This document shows, piece after piece, positions 62,351 through 64,000 of a stretch of 64,000 nt of DNA (positions are counted from its first letter, which is position 1; each line of letters opens with the position of its first letter). The notes under the pieces were generated by a model, which made no database searches, had not been told where the DNA came from, and saw only the letters and a program-made list of their open reading frames with translations. Source of the stretch: Rhina ancylostomus (taxonomy: Eukaryota); contig JARFYF010000002.1 in the NCBI GenBank assembly GCA_030265395.1, positions 58,524,156 to 58,588,155 of the forward strand, written 5' to 3'. Both the position numbers and the translations under genes were made by a program.

Positions 62351-62904
62351 TAAGATACACAAGATAAGATAGACAGAACTCCTAAAAGCATTTGGAAGCA
62401 TTGGCATTACCCTAACAATAACGGGGCTACATTTGCCATTTCAATGTACATGTCATTTGAAAGAAGTAGTTTGATTGGATACCAAAAACACATATTCAGT
62501 TTACAAAACATTAAAATAAATAATTTAGTTAACTTTGCAGTAGCAAGCACAAACTAATGATGCTCCTGAAAGTTTCAGTTTCCCAAGGGTTCGTGAGATA
62601 TTTGTTCAGTATGTTGCGATAGCACCCGAGTTCAGTTCTCGGGTGACATTCAAAGTGACAACTACCTCGAACTTTTGTGCCAAGGAATTCTTTCCAGGGA
62701 GCCAGTGGAGATCATCAAACCATCCCCAAAGTTTTCACATTTTCCTTAAAGAACATGGATCCAAACTGATTTTTAAGCAGAATTCTCAATGTGTCTTGCT
62801 ACCATCAAAGATTAATACATGCACACCTCCATTCCTCTCTTATCCTGCACTGCCTGAATAATGTGCTGTTTAATTCATATCATTATTCATATCATGCATC
62901 AGAT

Positions 62905-63170
62905 CAAAAGGACATAAAAATGGAGGCTGCCACAAGCCCTTTGATCCCATTCTACCAATCAATGTAATCATGGCTGATCTTCAACTTCAATCGCACATTC
63001 CCACTTGACCTTTATATCATGTCATCGAGTACTACAGCATGGAAACAGGCCCTTCTTCCCAAATTGTCCATGCTGACCATAGTGTCCACCCAGCTAGTTC
63101 CATTTGCCTGCTTTTGGCCCATATTCCTCTAAACATCTCCTATTCATGTACTTTTCCAAATGTCTTTTTT
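62905..63170 (-). mobile_element. Two adjacent CR1 3' tails (antisense)
   Basis: acataaaaatggaggctgccac...atcatggctgatct and acagcatggaaacaggcccttc...gtccatgctgacc...tttggcccatattcctctaaac. Confidence 0.75.
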
Positions 63171-64000
63171 TTATTTGGTTATTGTGGAGTCCACAAACCT
63201 GAAAATTCAAGGCTCATGACTCTTCTAGTGGGAGAAACAATGCAATTTTTTGGGGGGAGAAAGTATAGAGGCTGAAAGGGTGTTCATCCTTGTCCTTGGG
63301 GGGGTGAGGCTTAATGGGAGATTATAAATTGTAAGGCCAAGAAATTTCTGGTTATAAATGAACTCCAGGAAGTTGTTGCTTTGTAATAAAAACCAATCTT
63401 TCAAACTAAAATAATTGGTTCTGTTCTCCTTAAGTAACTCTGGTCAACTTTAAGTTTGCAGTATGCCTGTCAAAGGGGGTAGGCAGCTAAAGTGACAATA
63501 GACCTCAGCAGTGCAGCCCTTGAACCAAGCCCTTGAGCAGCAATGTTTTACCCCTCTCTCTATTGGCTTTGGAAACTGTCAGCACAACAGGTGAATCCCA
63601 GGTCTCCCTATTTGACAACCCAGCTGAGATCAGTACAGACATGCTGTGTGTTGCTCCAGACTGCTGGGAAACTGCATGAAGAAATGTTAAATTACTCAGG
63701 GCTACACATTTTATTCATGATGGAGAAAACATTTGAAATGACTGGAAATTGTACCTTGTAGCCTGGGTGCTTAAGGGGCTGCGATAGAATGGATTTGCTC
63801 ATCATGGTGCCTGAGAGTCCCATTATGCTGCTTCATTTGTGCTGGCACTGTAAAACAGTAAACAGTGCCAGGTCCAAACATCAGAAACATACAAAGGAAA
63901 ACATCCAGTGAACTTTCTATCAACTTAGTACAGTGCCTAGGGAATCAAAATGATGATACGTTGTTACTGGAGAGTTTAAGCTGCACAAATAAATAAAAAA

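Noticed and set aside
1-64000. tRNA, rRNA, snRNA or miRNA genes, CRISPR arrays, or prokaryote-type systems
   Set aside because: The only tRNA-like sequences are SINE heads. I recognised no mature miRNA or rRNA sequence, no regularly spaced repeat-spacer array and no operon-like gene density.

Overview
This is AT-rich, CpG-depleted vertebrate DNA from a gapped draft assembly with many N runs, some flanked by duplicated sequence. The repeats point to a cartilaginous fish (elasmobranch, possibly a ray): HE1/V-SINE-type tRNA SINEs, SacSINE1-like DeuSINEs, abundant CR1 LINEs and Penelope-derived termini. I found no intact protein-coding gene, RNA gene or CRISPR array, so the window reads as a gene desert or a very large intron. 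It is filled with decayed transposon fossils: CR1, L2, RTE, Rex-Babar and Tx1-like LINEs, Penelope/GIY-YIG pieces with hammerhead-ribozyme-like remnants, an internally deleted Gypsy element, LTRs, Harbinger remnants and Tigger-like MITEs. Unique non-coding blocks between them may be enhancers. I cannot support a genuinely new biological system from this sequence alone. The best leads are a compact Harbinger derivative with convergent transposase and Myb/SANT remnants, short Penelope/hammerhead termini (one as an inverted pair), a dense CAGATG E-box cluster, a CpG-rich LTR carrying CLEAR and CRE palindromes, and a few weak micro-exon candidates. Family names come from recalled consensus motifs, not database searches, and boundaries are approximate unless a TSD or terminus is quoted.
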